Shown here in pieces: positions 38,762 through 48,984 of a DNA stretch of 57,078 bases (positions within the stretch are counted from its first letter, which is position 1; every line of letters begins with the position of its first letter). The DNA comes from an uncultured Candidatus Peribacteria bacterium. GTDB lineage: Bacteria; Patescibacteriota; Gracilibacteria; Peribacterales; Peribacteraceae. The notes beneath the pieces were generated by a model. That model searched no databases and was not told the DNA's origin. It was given only the letters and a program-made list of their open reading frames with translations. The stretch lies in NCBI GenBank assembly GCA_964434585.1, contig CAYSVN010000001.1, forward strand, positions 1 to 57,078, read 5' to 3'. Both the position numbers and the translations under genes were made by a program.

Positions 38762-39658
38762 ATGAATAAAAATGAATTGCTATCAACGGTTGTGCGCGAA
38801 TTAGCCGAATTGCAAGATGGCGAAAATGTAACAGAAATTCAAGAGTTAATTATGTCCGAAGTGGGCGATTTGTTAAATCAAAACAATGAAGATGTTTTAA
38901 ATTTACATGGTAATGCTAGACTTATTGCACAGACAACAGGTCAACCAGTATTGCATGATGCTATCTGGATGATGAGCGATATTGATCATCGTACGCTGCT
39001 AGAATGGTCGGATGAAGAAATCTCTAATATCGAAAGTGCTATTAAAAAATTACATTCTTACAGAATTCCTCAGCAGCAACAGTTGCCAATAATTACACAA
39101 AAAATAACACAGCTAACAAAAGCATTACAGCAGCATAGTGAGCTTTTTAAGTATAGAAATATAGCAGTGCACCTTGATGGTTCAATGTATTTTGGAGATG
39201 CATACATCCCAGAATCTGATCAAGTATCCACAAGAGATCCATCAGATATTGATATATCATTCATTGTTTTTGATGAGAGCGATATAAAATATAACGAAGA
39301 AGAAATAGAACGTAATTTAGTAGAAAATGTAGGAATGAATGTTGATATTAATACAATAAATATTAGCGAGTTAACAGATGAACTGGAGGAACATTTTGGG
39401 GCAGATATTGCCAGTATAGTGTTTGATGATGACCCATTAAGATATAATGAACACTTTTCTTTATTTGTAAGCAATTGTGCAGTATTACTATGCGGCCAAA
39501 CAATAGAGCTGCCAAACGCTAAGCATGCAGAAATAATGGATGAAATGCAGCAGTTAATCAAAAAAATTAAACAACGCGCTCAGGAGGATGTGCAATTTAG
39601 AGTGCTACTTATTACAAAAATGGTTCAAATAGCTGGTGCTAGAAACAAGCAACATTAA
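38762..39658 (+). CDS. Hypothetical protein with a possible minimal nucleotidyltransferase (Pol-beta-like) motif
   Basis: AVHLDGSMYFGDAY...DPSDIDISFIVFDE resembles hG[GS]x9-13[DE]hDh; weak. Confidence 0.4.
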   Translation: MNKNELLSTVVRELAELQDGENVTEIQELIMSEVGDLLNQNNEDVLNLHGNARLIAQTTGQPVLHDAIWMMSDIDHRTLLEWSDEEISNIESAIKKLHSYRIPQQQQLPIITQKITQLTKALQQHSELFKYRNIAVHLDGSMYFGDAYIPESDQVSTRDPSDIDISFIVFDESDIKYNEEEIERNLVENVGMNVDINTINISELTDELEEHFGADIASIVFDDDPLRYNEHFSLFVSNCAVLLCGQTIELPNAKHAEIMDEMQQLIKKIKQRAQEDVQFRVLLITKMVQIAGARNKQH

Positions 39659-39978
39659 AAATTTTACCACTGACTCTAAAAGATAAATACATAAAAAATA
39701 TACCCACGTTAAAATTTACCGGACTAGTACCGGGGGTGGTGAAATTTGACTATTTGAATTGGTGTTTACATCTACCTCTTAATTTGTGAGGCCTGTAAAC
39801 AAAATGAACATCAACACAACGAGTGTTGGATCCATGGTTAATTACCTGTCAGCCGTGGCTGACGTTAGGCGTTTAATTCTGAAGATGCGCTCAATAATTA
39901 GGTAAAGTGCTACCAAGAGGACGCAATCAGAAGAAGTTACTCGTACCTTGATGCCTTTGCTTGTAATAAGGTTTCTTC

Positions 39979-40006
39979 TTGCCTTCACTCTCTTCATCAG
40001 TATAAT
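39979..40006 (+). promoter_or_regulatory. Candidate sigma70 promoter for rpsF-rpsR
   Basis: TTGCCT - 16 nt - TATAAT, about 65 nt upstream of rpsF. Confidence 0.5.
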
Positions 40007-40072
40007 ACCGCTACATTATTTCTTCCCACGATCTTACCTGTAAGTTTCAAACGTGGGGTTCCCCCAAAAGTT

Positions 40073-40636
40073 ATGACGGTTTTAACACCTAAAGACGAAG
40101 ATAATCGCGTCTACGAACTAACGATTTTATATCCGTATCCACTATCACAAAAAGAAGAAAGTGATCTTCTAAAAAGTGTGGATGCATTATTTGCAGAATT
40201 TGGCGCAGAAAAACTGCATGAAGATAAGTGGGGCCGTCGTGGTCTTGCTTACCCTATTAAAGGGTTTAACGAAGGTTCGTACGTTGTGTACTACCTAGAA
40301 CTAGACCCAAGCAAGCTAAAAGCAATGGAAACGCAAATGCGTATTCTACCTGGCTTACTACGCCACTTAGCAGTGAAGCCACCTAAAGATTACCAAGTTT
40401 CAGATTTCTCTAGTAGTTTTGAAATTTGGAAAAAGCAATCAGCAGAAGAAGGCGATAAAGCAAAAGCAGCAGAAGAGCAACGTCTTCAAAAACGTGTAGC
40501 AGAAAAAGCAAAACGACAAGTAAAACGTGCCGCTAAAAAGAAAGACGAAGTAAAACAAGAAGCAGGCCACGTAGAAAAGAAAGAGCTAGATGCCAAGCTA
40601 GACGAACTTATTTCTGACGACGACCTTAGTCTCTAA
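40073..40636 (+). CDS. rpsF: 30S ribosomal protein S6 with a ~85-aa K/E/A-rich C-terminal extension
   Basis: YELTILYPYPLS...DKWGRRGLAYPIKG...GSYVVYYLE. Confidence 0.9.
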   Translation: MTVLTPKDEDNRVYELTILYPYPLSQKEESDLLKSVDALFAEFGAEKLHEDKWGRRGLAYPIKGFNEGSYVVYYLELDPSKLKAMETQMRILPGLLRHLAVKPPKDYQVSDFSSSFEIWKKQSAEEGDKAKAAEEQRLQKRVAEKAKRQVKRAAKKKDEVKQEAGHVEKKELDAKLDELISDDDLSL

Positions 40637-40657
40637 TCGTCATTTCCCCTTTAAACT

Positions 40658-40903
40658 ATGTCTTATAATAACAATAAAAATAAGCAGGCTCGTAAAGACC
40701 CTCGTACAAAACAATGTCCATTCACCGATAAAGGTGTTAAATACATCGACTACAAAGACTACCCAACTCTTAAAGAGTATGTAGATTACTACGGTAATAT
40801 TCGCCAACGTTACTACACTGGTGTAAGTCTTAAATACCAAAAAATGCTAAAGCAAGCCATTGAACGCGCACGTTTTATGGGAATGATTGCCTATAGAAAG
40901 TAA
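40658..40903 (+). CDS. rpsR: 30S ribosomal protein S18
   Basis: CPFTDKGVKYIDYKDYPTLKEYV...KMLKQAIERARFMGMIAY. Confidence 0.93.
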   Translation: MSYNNNKNKQARKDPRTKQCPFTDKGVKYIDYKDYPTLKEYVDYYGNIRQRYYTGVSLKYQKMLKQAIERARFMGMIAYRK

Positions 40904-41005
40904 CAGGGGTTTCAAAAGTTGCAGAAGTAAAAGAAGTGTCTCATTTAATAGAAGTATTGAATGAGGCCCTTTTTAAACCTTTGACACCTCTGCCACGTTT
41001 GCAAC
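40903..41005. repeat. R4: palindromic GTTGCAGAGGT-word element
   Basis: ACAGGGGTTTCAAAAGTTGCAGAAGTAAAAGAAGTG ... AAACCTTTGACACCTCTGCCACGTTTGCAAC. Confidence 0.65.
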
Positions 41006-41066
41006 TTAATTACTTTTAAAAGTACGTTAATTCTCATATACTTCACTAACATTTCCCCAACAACAC

Positions 41067-42014
41067 ATGAAACTTACTGAGCTTTACAAGCAGTCTGTCC
41101 AACACGGTATCGATAGCGATATGCGTAGTAAAAAAGATATTGATAAGCTTTTAAAGAAACAAAAAGAAAAACTAGACGGCCTAAAGGGCAAGAAAAAACA
41201 ATGGTTTAACGAGGACCGATTGTGGAATCCTTATCATGATTGTTGTATTAATTTTGAAGGTGATAATCCAGATGTAAAAACATTAGCAGTAGGCATAGAT
41301 ATTCATACAGAAGATTTACTATTAGTGGATCACCTTAATGCTAAAGGCGCAGGTATTGATGCTGTAATGGTACACCACCCAGAAGGAAGAGCTCTTGGTG
41401 AGCTTGATAAAGTAATGCCGCTAGAGATCGATATTTTAGCAAGTCATGGCGTGCCAGAAAATATTTCAGAAGGATTACTAGCCTCAAGGCGCAGCCAAGT
41501 ATTTCGTAGTTTTCATGCTCGTAATTTATTACAGACAGATAGAGCAGCAGAACTTTTAAATATTCCACTTATTGGCATGCATACCGTTACCGATAACCTA
41601 GCCTGGCAGTACGTAGAAAAGCATATTTGCAGTAAGCAGTGGGACGACCTTGGTAGTATTGTTGATGCCTTAAACGAACTTGGAGAATACGATTACTATG
41701 CCAGCCAAGGTAATCCAGCTTTTATTGTCCATGGTAAGTCGGACGGCCGACCAGGCAAAGTTGCTGCTACTGGCTTTACTGGCGGCACGAATGGCCCAGA
41801 GGGCATGATTGCAGAGCAGGCAAAGGCAGGTGTTGGTACTATTTTAACGATGCATGTAACCGAAAAAGAAATGGCTGTTGCCCGTAAACACCATATTAAT
41901 ATTATCCAATGTTCACATATGGGTAGTGATGCAATGGGTATTAATTTACTGCTCGATAAATTTCCAAAAATCAAAACCGTTGATTTAAGTGGATTTGTAC
42001 GTGTTAAAAGATAA
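41067..42014 (+). CDS. NIF3-like (DUF34) dinuclear-metal-centre family protein
   Basis: IDAVMVHHPEG, IPLIGMHTVTDN and CSHMGSDAMG, spaced like the NIF3 metal ligands. Confidence 0.5.
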   Translation: MKLTELYKQSVQHGIDSDMRSKKDIDKLLKKQKEKLDGLKGKKKQWFNEDRLWNPYHDCCINFEGDNPDVKTLAVGIDIHTEDLLLVDHLNAKGAGIDAVMVHHPEGRALGELDKVMPLEIDILASHGVPENISEGLLASRRSQVFRSFHARNLLQTDRAAELLNIPLIGMHTVTDNLAWQYVEKHICSKQWDDLGSIVDALNELGEYDYYASQGNPAFIVHGKSDGRPGKVAATGFTGGTNGPEGMIAEQAKAGVGTILTMHVTEKEMAVARKHHINIIQCSHMGSDAMGINLLLDKFPKIKTVDLSGFVRVKR

Positions 42015-42020
42015 ACAAAC

Positions 42021-42126
42021 GTTGCAGAGGTTAAAGAGGTGGCAGAGGTGTAAAAAGTTTCTTACTTTAATAAAGCTATAAAATCACACCTTCTTAAACT
42101 TTTTTAACGCCTGCCACCCCTGCAAC
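42021..42126. repeat. R5: palindromic GTTGCAGAGGT-word element
   Basis: GTTGCAGAGGTTAAAGAGGTGGCAGAGGTGTAAAAAG ... TTAACGCCTGCCACCCCTGCAAC, between convergent genes. Confidence 0.75.
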
Positions 42127-42132
42127 ATTTAT

Positions 42133-43989
42133 CTATCCCCAATACACCCCAATATGCCTATTAGGGTCGCTATTTAATATCATTGTGCAATCTTGGTCAT
42201 GAATGCGTACCATACCCTCACGGTTAATAATACCGGTAATATCTGTCAGAGCTTTAGGCTTACAACATTGTGCTACAACGGTAGGCATAGGAATGCCATC
42301 TTTAAATAAAATACTGTAATCCTTTACACGTCGTAGTGGCTTGGTAATACGCTTAAGAAGTGAGGGTTTTTCCTTGCTAAGCTGTTGCCATAGTAAGTGT
42401 GGTTTTAAGACTCCTTTACCAACTTGAACAACAAGTTCTTCTCTTTTGTTAAATGTTAAACGTTGGTTATCAACAATGGCGAGTGCACTAAGAGCTTTTG
42501 TAAGCGGCGGCTGGTTATGCTTTTTAAAAAGTTTATTAATTTTATCTTTCCCTTTTATTAAATGTTCGGGCCTATCTTTAATATCAAGATACTTACGCAG
42601 TTTATTGCGTGCACTGCGGGCGTGTAAGTGCGAAAGCCAATGCCCAGAAGCTTCGGGGGTATTGCCAGTGGTAATGGTGATAATGTCACCATTCTCAAGC
42701 ACTTGGTCTATTTTGGCAACCCTGCCATTAACCATAGAGCTACGATAATGAATACCAAGCTCGCTATGGACAGCAAATGCAAAGTCAAGTGGTGTAGATT
42801 GTGCAGGTAGCTCTACAACGTCATGCTTAGGTGTTAGTACATAAATAGAGCTACGACTAATGTTTTCAATAGCCTGGTCGGCTGGTGTATCTGTAAGTAG
42901 TTTTTGAACCTGGTCAGCATGGGTGTGAATAGTATCTGATCCAATTTCTTTATAGCCCCAGTGACTCGAAGAACCATAGCGCGCCTGATGATCCATTTGC
43001 AACGTTCGAATTTGCAATTCAATAAAGTCCTGCTTAGGCACATGGGGCAACTGGGTAAGTGTTGTATGTACACTGCGGTAACCGTTTGGCTTTGGAAAAT
43101 TAATATAATCTTTAAATCTACCCTCTACAACGTCTCCCATGGTATTAACTATAGAAAGAGCTTTATAGCAATCTTCTTCTTTTTCTACAATAATTCTAAA
43201 TGCAAATAAATCATACACTTGCTCTATAGAGGTGTAAGCTCGCAGTTTCATTTTTAAAAACAGGCTGTAGGGTTCTTTAACTCGGTACTCTACCGTTGCT
43301 AAAATGCCTGCCTTCTTTAAGTGTTGCTTTAGGCTTTTTTTGGTAAGTGGTAAGAAACTTATATCAATTGCTTTTACCTGCTGCACAACATGCTGTTCGT
43401 CATTTGGGTAGACAACGGAAAATGCAGTACGTTCAAGCTCTTTTTTAATGGTGTACATACCAAGCCTGGCCGCAATAGGGGCAAATAGCTTTAAGGCGTA
43501 TAGGCTAATTCTACGCTGGTGAGCTTGGCTAAATTCATGAATATAATGCATGTTATGGACATAATCACAAAGGCCAATCAACAATGTTCTATCATCCTTT
43601 GAGGCTTTAATAAGGGCCATTGTTAGCATTTGCAACTGTGAGCGCTTTGGCTTATTGGTAATTTGGCCAATCATTAAAAGGTCTGCACTTAGTTGCTGGA
43701 TATTTACGTTCAAATCACGCTCAACTTGCTCAAGTGGTACGTCAGTATTTTTAGCATGGTGCAACAAGCAGCCATCCACAGCTGATTGATCAGGCTTAAG
43801 TGGGCTCATAATTTCGAGTACTTCCAATGTGTGTTTATAAACACTAACGCCAGTAGGGTGTTCTAGTCCTCGGTAAATCGCCTTGCAATACTGTACAATT
43901 TTACGTGTACGTTTTTGGTTTAAATGCGGGTTCTCTAAAAAAACATGACGCAAAATTTCTACACTACTTTTAGATTGTACAGGTGGCAT
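42133..43989 (-). CDS. RelA/SpoT homolog: (p)ppGpp synthetase with TGS domain and a degenerate HD motif
   Basis: Synthetase RFKDYINFPKPNGYRSVHT..ELQIRTLQMDHQARYG..HWGYKE; TGS IYVLTPKHDVVELPAQSTPLDFAFAVHSELG. The HD region reads LLHHAKN rather than LLHD. Confidence 0.88.
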   Translation of the reverse strand: MPPVQSKSSVEILRHVFLENPHLNQKRTRKIVQYCKAIYRGLEHPTGVSVYKHTLEVLEIMSPLKPDQSAVDGCLLHHAKNTDVPLEQVERDLNVNIQQLSADLLMIGQITNKPKRSQLQMLTMALIKASKDDRTLLIGLCDYVHNMHYIHEFSQAHQRRISLYALKLFAPIAARLGMYTIKKELERTAFSVVYPNDEQHVVQQVKAIDISFLPLTKKSLKQHLKKAGILATVEYRVKEPYSLFLKMKLRAYTSIEQVYDLFAFRIIVEKEEDCYKALSIVNTMGDVVEGRFKDYINFPKPNGYRSVHTTLTQLPHVPKQDFIELQIRTLQMDHQARYGSSSHWGYKEIGSDTIHTHADQVQKLLTDTPADQAIENISRSSIYVLTPKHDVVELPAQSTPLDFAFAVHSELGIHYRSSMVNGRVAKIDQVLENGDIITITTGNTPEASGHWLSHLHARSARNKLRKYLDIKDRPEHLIKGKDKINKLFKKHNQPPLTKALSALAIVDNQRLTFNKREELVVQVGKGVLKPHLLWQQLSKEKPSLLKRITKPLRRVKDYSILFKDGIPMPTVVAQCCKPKALTDITGIINREGMVRIHDQDCTMILNSDPNRHIGVYWG

Positions 43990-44006
43990 GATACAGATTA
44001 TAACAC

Positions 44007-44057
44007 AGGATGTTAGGAGTTAGCATATAGTAGAGGAATTTCTAAATCCTAACTCCT
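44007..44057. repeat. E2: palindromic AGGAGTTAGGA-type element
   Basis: AGGATGTTAGGAGTTAGCAT...GGAATTTCTAAATCCTAACTCCT; related to 10411-10503. Confidence 0.55.
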
Positions 44058-44063
44058 TTTATC

Positions 44064-44516
44064 TTATAAGCTTGTGCTGTCTAACACTAGCGTAACCGGT
44101 CCATCGTTTACCAATGTCACTTGCATATAGGCGCCAAATTCACCAGTTTCAATAGTTCCAAGTCGTTCATTTTTTTGCAACACAGCAATAACATATTCAT
44201 AAAGTTCTCTAGCTTTATTTGGTTCCATGGCTGTGGTGTAATCTGGCCTGTTACCTTTTTTAAGCGTGCCTGCCAGTGTAAATTGTGAAACCACTAAAAT
44301 ATCGCCGCTAATATCTTGAATACTAAGGTCGTTAATTTTACCTTCATTATTGGTAAATAGTCTTACATTCAGTATTTTTTGGATGAGTTTATCAGCATCA
44401 TCTTCATTATCATCAGCCATTACTCCAAGTAGTAATACGTAGCCTTGTTGAATGTTTCTTGTTTCGTTATTCATGGAAACAGAAGCCGATGTACAGCGTT
44501 GCAGGATTATTTTCAT
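44064..44516 (-). CDS. dtd: D-aminoacyl-tRNA deacylase
   Basis: MKIILQRC..ASVSM...ILVVSQFTLAG..KKGNRPDY. Confidence 0.9.
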   Translation of the reverse strand: MKIILQRCTSASVSMNNETRNIQQGYVLLLGVMADDNEDDADKLIQKILNVRLFTNNEGKINDLSIQDISGDILVVSQFTLAGTLKKGNRPDYTTAMEPNKARELYEYVIAVLQKNERLGTIETGEFGAYMQVTLVNDGPVTLVLDSTSL

Positions 44517-45403
44517 GCAGTACGTTTTAAAACCCTACATTGTGGCTCTTTTACTTGAGCGTTTATAGCTAAATCTTCTGGATGAATAAGATCAAACTCA
44601 GATCCAGTAACAGTAGTTAAGGTATTCACGCCATAATGCTCTCTAAATTTATCACGAACTTTATGATGGATAGCTAATAATTTCTCTAGAACAATTCTTT
44701 GCATATCTAAAACCTCAAGCATATCATCGTGATATTCTTTTGATCTTGCATCAACTAATTGGCTATGGCCAAGCGTTCTATTGAGTGCATCCCGAGTAAT
44801 ATCACAAATTGGAAAGCTCCACGTTTCTTTTCCTTCATGCTCTTCACTCATAAAATTCTGCAAAGACAGAATGACATTTGGGCTTCCATTAAACTTATTG
44901 AAATCCTCATAAAAACTTAACTGAGAATTAGGAAACATTTCAGGGTTGCCCTGAAGAGCGTGAATAGTTTGCCTAATAACAACAAGCTCTGCATTTAATT
45001 GAGTAATGGTATGCTCAAGATTAGTAGGTGATAAGAGTGTTGTAAGTGGGTCCGATCCATCCCGGATAATATCATCCTTACAAAGCTTTGCCCATTTTTT
45101 AACAGTGGTGATTTGGTAAATAGCATCAAGAACAGCTGGTTGAATAGACATACTCTTTGCACTTTCGCCTACAGATAGCGTTCCATGAAACCGGTGAATT
45201 TCAAATGGGGTTCTATTGCTAGTTATTTGATGAAAAAGGTTATGCCGTTTGGCATCAGGGGCTTTAATTCTATTTAGATCATTATCACGTCCCATTCTAC
45301 TACGGGCAATTCCGTGGTGAATATTGGGATCTTTAGGATTTTTAGAGTCAACGGAAGTTTGTATTTCTTGCAGCTCATTGGTTTCAGAGAGTTGGTTGAC
45401 CAT
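44513..45403 (-). CDS. Hypothetical protein; 4-nt overlap with dtd (operon)
   Basis: ORF only; no motif recognised. Confidence 0.5.
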   Translation of the reverse strand: MVNQLSETNELQEIQTSVDSKNPKDPNIHHGIARSRMGRDNDLNRIKAPDAKRHNLFHQITSNRTPFEIHRFHGTLSVGESAKSMSIQPAVLDAIYQITTVKKWAKLCKDDIIRDGSDPLTTLLSPTNLEHTITQLNAELVVIRQTIHALQGNPEMFPNSQLSFYEDFNKFNGSPNVILSLQNFMSEEHEGKETWSFPICDITRDALNRTLGHSQLVDARSKEYHDDMLEVLDMQRIVLEKLLAIHHKVRDKFREHYGVNTLTTVTGSEFDLIHPEDLAINAQVKEPQCRVLKRTA

Positions 45404-45501
45404 TGGTTTTTAATATAGGCTTTATTGATTAATTGTGCAAATTTACCCATGTAAAGAAGCCTTCTAAAAACAATCCTTGAGTTTCTAAAAAAGTTCTATA
45501 G

Positions 45502-47124
<1,623 letters not shown>

Positions 47125-47187
47125 AATATATAGATAAAATAAGTAGAATATGATAAAATAATAAGATATTTTAGTAACTTATTTTGC

Positions 47188-48672
47188 ATGGATGATCAAA
47201 ATTCACCATCGGAAAATAGCCTTGAAGGTAACCAAGACTTAAATAGACAGAGCGCTACTCTTCAAGATGGAAATGCAGCGGAGAATGTTTCGATAGACCT
47301 TACTCCATTAGCGCCACATTTAGAGCATATTCAACAAAGTCTTAAGGAGGTTATGGAAGGCGTTGGTTCAAGATTTAATGAGGTAAAAGAAGTTTGCAGC
47401 GGTATTCTTAATTATATTTCCAGTCGAGCAAAAGCGATTCTTACTGTAAAAGATAAGACTGGTGAAGAAGCTGTGGAAGTAAGAGAGCAGTTAGGTGAGT
47501 TGTTAACAGCAGATGCTATTAAAGCGGTAAATGCTAGCGTACGTGGCGCTTCTTGGGCTGTGGCAAACAAGCCACATTTTCTAGAAATACTAAAACGGAA
47601 CAATGCAAAATTATATGGAAAATATATGGCGTTGGGCGCTGGCGCATTTACATTTATTAACTGGCTTGTAACTCATAATGTAGACGAAAGGCTACAAAAA
47701 TTCGCACCAACATCATTGTTTCCAGCGATAGCATTAACCGTTGCCCCTTTTTATGTTAAAAAGTTTCGAGGGATGGACAAGTACCATGAAGAAAAAGAAA
47801 AATTTGCAACCATGATTACAAATATAGAAATGGATGTTCGTAATTTATCATTGGATGATAAAATACAACCAGAGGATGCTTATAAAATAATTCGAACCCT
47901 TGGCTTATTAGCATCATTTATTCATAACTACGAAGATAGATCTGGAGCATGTATTACAAAATATATGGATAAAATAGGCGAATTAGATACGTATTTTGCA
48001 GAACAATCTAAGGAGGTACAACAAATTGCTTTAGATATTTTTAGTGAAAATAAATTAGAGACAAAAAAAGTAAAATCAAAAAATGGTGAACAGGAAGAGG
48101 TAAAAATGATCATTCCAGAAGTGACTGATTATCAACTTGGGCAAATGTGGCGTAAATTATTAGCAATTCTAGAGGACCAGTGTCAAGAAGTTGCTTTAAG
48201 AAAAAACGCAAAAGGTAGCCAAAATCCAAATTGGATACCCACATTTTCAGAAGAGAAAGTTAACGATGTTTCTGTAACAGGACTTACGGAAACATTGCAA
48301 ATTGCAGAATTAAGAGCTTCCTGTATGAAGATTGAGTCACGCGTAAGAAATGTTATTACAAAAGCAGAAGAATACGCAATTTATGGTAGCTGGGCAACGT
48401 TTGTCTCGTCGTTATATGCTGCTACACACCCAGATCCAACCATTCAATATGGCGCCATGGCGTTACTAGGAGTTGTATCCTCTTACATACTAGCAGTTAA
48501 AACGGACAATGGCCTTTCTGGACAAGGAAAAGACGCAACGTTTAGCTCTTCAAGTTATCAATTTGGTCATAAAATGTTAGATGTATTTAATAAATCTGTT
48601 ATAGAGGTAGAGATTCATGCTAGAGAATTAGTAAGTAAAAGGCCTCCTTCGAATATTGTTGTAGATATATAA
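47188..48672 (+). CDS. Hypothetical membrane protein (~4 hydrophobic segments)
   Basis: ORF with MALGAGAFTFINWLV, LFPAIALTVAPFYV, YGSWATFVSSLYAA and ALLGVVSSYILAV. Confidence 0.55.
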   Translation: MDDQNSPSENSLEGNQDLNRQSATLQDGNAAENVSIDLTPLAPHLEHIQQSLKEVMEGVGSRFNEVKEVCSGILNYISSRAKAILTVKDKTGEEAVEVREQLGELLTADAIKAVNASVRGASWAVANKPHFLEILKRNNAKLYGKYMALGAGAFTFINWLVTHNVDERLQKFAPTSLFPAIALTVAPFYVKKFRGMDKYHEEKEKFATMITNIEMDVRNLSLDDKIQPEDAYKIIRTLGLLASFIHNYEDRSGACITKYMDKIGELDTYFAEQSKEVQQIALDIFSENKLETKKVKSKNGEQEEVKMIIPEVTDYQLGQMWRKLLAILEDQCQEVALRKNAKGSQNPNWIPTFSEEKVNDVSVTGLTETLQIAELRASCMKIESRVRNVITKAEEYAIYGSWATFVSSLYAATHPDPTIQYGAMALLGVVSSYILAVKTDNGLSGQGKDATFSSSSYQFGHKMLDVFNKSVIEVEIHARELVSKRPPSNIVVDI

Positions 48673-48813
48673 CGCCTAGTATACTTCTTCAAAAATGAAT
48701 AAATACTGTTGAGTTTTTATAAATTATAAGTATTATCTGTGTCCCGAGTCAGTAGTTCGTCTTCGCTTGCTTTGCAAGCTCCGCCGTAACCGCTCACCTA
48801 TCTTTCACATCAC

Positions 48814-48888
48814 GGGTCAGTAGCTCAGTGGTAGAGCAGTAGGCTTTTAACCTATTGGCCGTGAGTTCGATCCTCACCTGACCCACCA
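48814..48888 (+). tRNA. tRNA-Lys (anticodon TTT), CCA encoded
   Basis: Acceptor GGGTCAG/CTGACCC, D arm GCTC-AGTGGTA-GAGC, anticodon arm GTAGG-CTTTTAA-CCTAT, T arm GTGAG-TTCGATC-CTCAC. Confidence 0.92.
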
Positions 48889-48984
48889 CCTTTAAATACA
48901 AAAACAGTAACACTTCACATATCACAGTTTTATGCTCTGGATAATATTTAAAGATAGCTATGTATGGTATAATAGTTAGATTTT

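Noticed and set aside
38534-39658. An integrated genomic island bounded by the duplicated tRNA-Leu 3' end.
   Set aside because: The two copies are only 80 nt apart, with no gene between them, and no integrase or recombinase is visible nearby. I reported it only as an att-like scar.
39659-40072. The 414-nt non-coding gap upstream of rpsF as a known structured RNA (SRP, RNase P, 6S, tmRNA or an S6:S18 leader).
   Set aside because: It contains several hairpins (GTCAGCC-GT-GGCTGAC, CAACAC..GTGTTG), but I could not match any signature sequence of these RNAs by eye. An Rfam scan is needed.
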